From positions 1 to 64,000 of IMG/VR virus record IMGVR_UViG_3300021962_000046: a DNA stretch of 64,000 bases, one strand, 5' to 3'. Position 1 is the stretch's first letter. The number at the start of each line of letters is the position of its first letter. The position numbers and the translations under genes are program-made. Under the pieces are notes generated by a model. It was not told the origin of the DNA, did not search any database, and saw nothing but the letters and a program-made list of their open reading frames with translations. Source of the stretch: a virus. Positions 60,951 to 64,000 of the stretch are shown piece after piece.

Positions 60951-63407
60951 ATGTTCAGTTATGAGTCTGCGTTCAATGCTTGTGTTGAATATTTTGAAGG
61001 TGATGAATTAGCTGCCAAAGTTTTTTTGGACAAGTATGCTTTGAAAGATGTTAATGGAAACTTATTAGAGAAAACACCTGTTGATATGCATCACAGGATT
61101 GCCAAGGAATTCGCAAGAATTGAAAGCAAGAAATTCAAGAATCCTCTGACAGAAGAAGAGGTTTTTGGGCTTCTGGATCATTTCAAATATGTTGTGCCTC
61201 AAGGTTCACCGATGTTTGGAATCGGTAACAACCATCAGATTATCAGCTTGTCAAATTGTTATGTTGTGGAATCTCCTGTTGACAGCTATGCGGGAATCAT
61301 GCGAGTTGATGAGACACTCGCACAGATCAGCAAGAGAAGAGGTGGTGTGGGTGTAGACATTTCAAATCTAAGACCAGCTAATGCACCAGTAAAAAATGCT
61401 GCCAGAAGCAGTACTGGCATTACTTCTTGGATGGAAAGGTACTCCAATACCATTCGTGAAGTAGGTCAAAGTGGTCGCCGTGGCGCATTGATGTTGTCCA
61501 TCAATGTTGCACACAAAGATGTTGAGAATTTTATTACTGTTAAAAATGATGACACCAAAGTCACAGGAGCAAATGTTTCTGTGCTATTGAGTGACGAGTT
61601 TTTAAAAGCCGTCGAGAATGACGAAGATTTTCGTCTTCGTTTTCCCGTTGATGCTCCACCTAGTGACAATGATAAAGTTGTCAAGGCAAGAGATTTGTGG
61701 AAGAAGATTATCCATAATGCATGGTTGAGAGCAGAGCCCGGATTGTTGTTCTGGGATAAAGTAACCAAGTACAATGCAGTAGACTGCTATGCAGAAGAGG
61801 GTTATAAAACTATATCAACCAACCCTTGTTCGGAATTGCCATTGTGCAGCTACGATAGCTGCCGTTTGATGGTATTGAATTTGTTTAGTTATGTTGTCAA
61901 TCCATTTACCAAGGATGCATATTTTGATTATGATCTTTTCTCAAAACATGGAGAAATTCTACAGAGATTGATGGATGATATGATTGACATGGAACTTGAA
62001 AAAGTTCATCAAATCATAGAGAAAATCAAAAAAGACCCAGAAGATAAAATTATCAAACAGCGTGAGCTTGAACTGTGGAAAACTGTTTATGATAAATGCG
62101 AAAATGGCAGAAGAACAGGAACTGGTATTACAGCATTGGGTGATACTTTAGCTGCCTTGAATGTTGGATATGGAACCAAGGAAAGTATTGAAATTACTGG
62201 CAAAATAATGAGTACATTATGCTTGTCAAGCTTCAGGGCAAGTTGTGATATGGCCAAGGAAATTGGAGCATTCCCAATATGGAAATGGGAAAAAGAAAAG
62301 GATTCCGAATTTCTTTTGATGATTAAAGAAAAAGATCCACAACTTTATTCAGATATTTCAAAATATGGTCGTAGAAATATCGCTAACTTAACGATTGCTC
62401 CTACGGGTAGTGTGTCGATCATGACACAAACTACTTCTGGTATTGAACCATTGTTTATGCTTAATCCATACACAAGAAGGAAGAAGGTTAATCCTACTGA
62501 CAAGAATGTGCGAGTTGACTTCAAAGACCAGAATGGTGATTGTTGGCAAGAGTTTGAGGTTATTCACCCTAAAGTTGCCATGTGGAGAACAGTTAGTGGC
62601 AACACTAATCTCCAAGAATCACCTTGGCATGGGTATTGTGCAGAGGACATAGATTGGGTTGCAGCAGTTGAACTTCAAGCTGAAGCTCAGAAATATATTG
62701 ACCATGCTATATCAAAGACAGTAAATCTGCCAGAAGATGTAACTGAAGAACAAGTTGCCAAAATATATGAGGCTGCTTGGAAATTTGGTTGCAAAGGTAT
62801 GACAGTATATCGAAAGAATTGTCGCACAGGTGTGCTAGTAGAAAAACCTAAAAAAGAAGAAAAGAAAGATAATCATAAGATCCAGAAAAATGACGCACCA
62901 AAGCGTCCTTCTAGCATTGAAGCTGAGGTTTACTTCCCGATCATCAAGGGAGAACCTTATTATGTTATTGTGGGACTTTTTGGCAACGATCCTTATGAAG
63001 TTTTTGCAGGCTTGAATTCTCAAGATGGAAACGCCATCATCAAGAAAACACACACAAGAGGAAAACTTCAAAAGAAAGCTAGAGGCAAGTATGTTTTTGT
63101 TGCTGATGGAGAAGTATCTTGTGATTTAACCAACATCAATAACCATGAAAATGGTGATGCCTTATGCAGAATGTTAAGTACTGCTTTGAGGCATGGTGCT
63201 GATATTAGTTTTGTTGTTCATCAACTTGAAAAAACTGAAGGTGATTTGGCATCGCTAGGAAAAGTTCTTGCCAGAACACTCAAGAAATATATTAAAGATG
63301 GCACCAAGGTTCATGGCGAGGAATGTCCAGAATGCAAAGGAACAAACATACAAAGAGATGATGGATGTGTTGTATGTAGAGATTGCGGTTGGACAAAGTG
63401 TGGTTAA
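60951..63407 (+). CDS. nrdJ: Class II (adenosylcobalamin-dependent) ribonucleotide reductase
   Basis: SLSNC, GRRGALM, AEPG, TNPCSEL, TIAPTGS, ISKTVN, C-terminal CPEC...GCVVCRDCGWTKCG; no beta subunit adjacent. Confidence 0.92.
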   Translation: MFSYESAFNACVEYFEGDELAAKVFLDKYALKDVNGNLLEKTPVDMHHRIAKEFARIESKKFKNPLTEEEVFGLLDHFKYVVPQGSPMFGIGNNHQIISLSNCYVVESPVDSYAGIMRVDETLAQISKRRGGVGVDISNLRPANAPVKNAARSSTGITSWMERYSNTIREVGQSGRRGALMLSINVAHKDVENFITVKNDDTKVTGANVSVLLSDEFLKAVENDEDFRLRFPVDAPPSDNDKVVKARDLWKKIIHNAWLRAEPGLLFWDKVTKYNAVDCYAEEGYKTISTNPCSELPLCSYDSCRLMVLNLFSYVVNPFTKDAYFDYDLFSKHGEILQRLMDDMIDMELEKVHQIIEKIKKDPEDKIIKQRELELWKTVYDKCENGRRTGTGITALGDTLAALNVGYGTKESIEITGKIMSTLCLSSFRASCDMAKEIGAFPIWKWEKEKDSEFLLMIKEKDPQLYSDISKYGRRNIANLTIAPTGSVSIMTQTTSGIEPLFMLNPYTRRKKVNPTDKNVRVDFKDQNGDCWQEFEVIHPKVAMWRTVSGNTNLQESPWHGYCAEDIDWVAAVELQAEAQKYIDHAISKTVNLPEDVTEEQVAKIYEAAWKFGCKGMTVYRKNCRTGVLVEKPKKEEKKDNHKIQKNDAPKRPSSIEAEVYFPIIKGEPYYVIVGLFGNDPYEVFAGLNSQDGNAIIKKTHTRGKLQKKARGKYVFVADGEVSCDLTNINNHENGDALCRMLSTALRHGADISFVVHQLEKTEGDLASLGKVLARTLKKYIKDGTKVHGEECPECKGTNIQRDDGCVVCRDCGWTKCG

Positions 63408-63411
63408 AAAC

Positions 63412-63449
63412 AAAAAGAAAACCCCGCCACTTGGCGGGGTTTTCTTTTT
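63412..63449 (+). terminator. Intrinsic (possibly bidirectional) terminator
   Basis: AAAAAGAAAACCCCGCCA/TGGCGGGGTTTTCTTTTT inverted repeat. Confidence 0.85.
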
Positions 63450-63502
63450 ACAAAACCATAAATACACTATAATTAAATGCTGTCATAATGACACGGGGTT
63501 TT

Positions 63503-64000
63503 ATGGGTTACATTAAAAACTTTAGTTTCAAAAATTTTTTTCTCAGAGAAGATGCCAACTTCTTCAAAGAACAAATTGCAGAAATAATGCAAACACTTCA
63601 AAATATGTTAGATGGCATGAAAAGCATGGGTGCTGAGGAATTTGTTGAAGATGCAAAAACCGTAACCAGCAAGATCAGAGGGATTATTCAAGGTAGCTGG
63701 GTGGGACAAAAAGAAAACATAGAAAAACTTCAAAGGATAGGAGTTTATCTATGCAAAGCTTTGGATGAGAATGATGATTTGGAAATGGCTGTTAGAAGTT
63801 CTTTGGAATCAATAAAAAATGAAATAATCAAAACTCTAGCTGGTCCTGTGAATCAACTTGGTGTTGATTCTGAAGAGCAGCAAGCTGAAGAACCCGTGGA
63901 GGAACCAGTATCAGAACCTGAAGTACAAGGCAAACCATCTGCTGTTTCAGGTTTTTCAAATGCTGGCGCACCACCTTTGGGTATGCCTCCGAATCAATCG
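63503..64000 (+). CDS. 3'-truncated hypothetical protein
   Basis: Open frame MGYIKNFSFKNFFLREDANFFKEQ... runs to the window end; ATAAATA at 63458-63464. Confidence 0.7.
   Translation, partial: MGYIKNFSFKNFFLREDANFFKEQIAEIMQTLQNMLDGMKSMGAEEFVEDAKTVTSKIRGIIQGSWVGQKENIEKLQRIGVYLCKALDENDDLEMAVRSSLESIKNEIIKTLAGPVNQLGVDSEEQQAEEPVEEPVSEPEVQGKPSAVSGFSNAGAPPLGMPPNQS

Overview
AT-rich (roughly 30% GC by eye) segment of what is very probably a large, T4-related tailed-phage (jumbo phage) genome read in the standard genetic code. Left half (1-32.9 kb, all + strand): a cluster of virion-surface/fibre-like proteins. It includes a 5749-aa giant made of LamG-like, PKD-like, LRR and other beta-sandwich modules joined by mucin-like Thr/Ser tracts, plus four fibre proteins with C1q-like C-termini. 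Directly after it (32.9-36.3 kb) are two glycosyltransferases and two SAM-methyltransferase-like genes. One glycosyltransferase carries motifs resembling polypeptide GalNAc-transferases, suggesting phage-encoded mucin-type O-glycosylation. Right half: a replication/recombination module (Ski2/Hel308-like helicase, amidoligase, acyl carrier protein, intein-containing RecA/UvsX, gp32-like SSB, dCMP deaminase, UvsY-like protein, DnaB/gp41 helicase, sigma-region-2 protein, thumb-less PolA, UvsW- and Dda/RecD-like helicases, N6A-methylase-like protein, SbcCD/gp46-47, class II RNR). The three most interesting signals are the glycosylation system, a ~490-nt densely base-paired + strand non-coding element beside the truncated PolA, and an Ig domain that appears split between genes. 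All assignments come from motif recognition by eye; no searches or folding programs were run.
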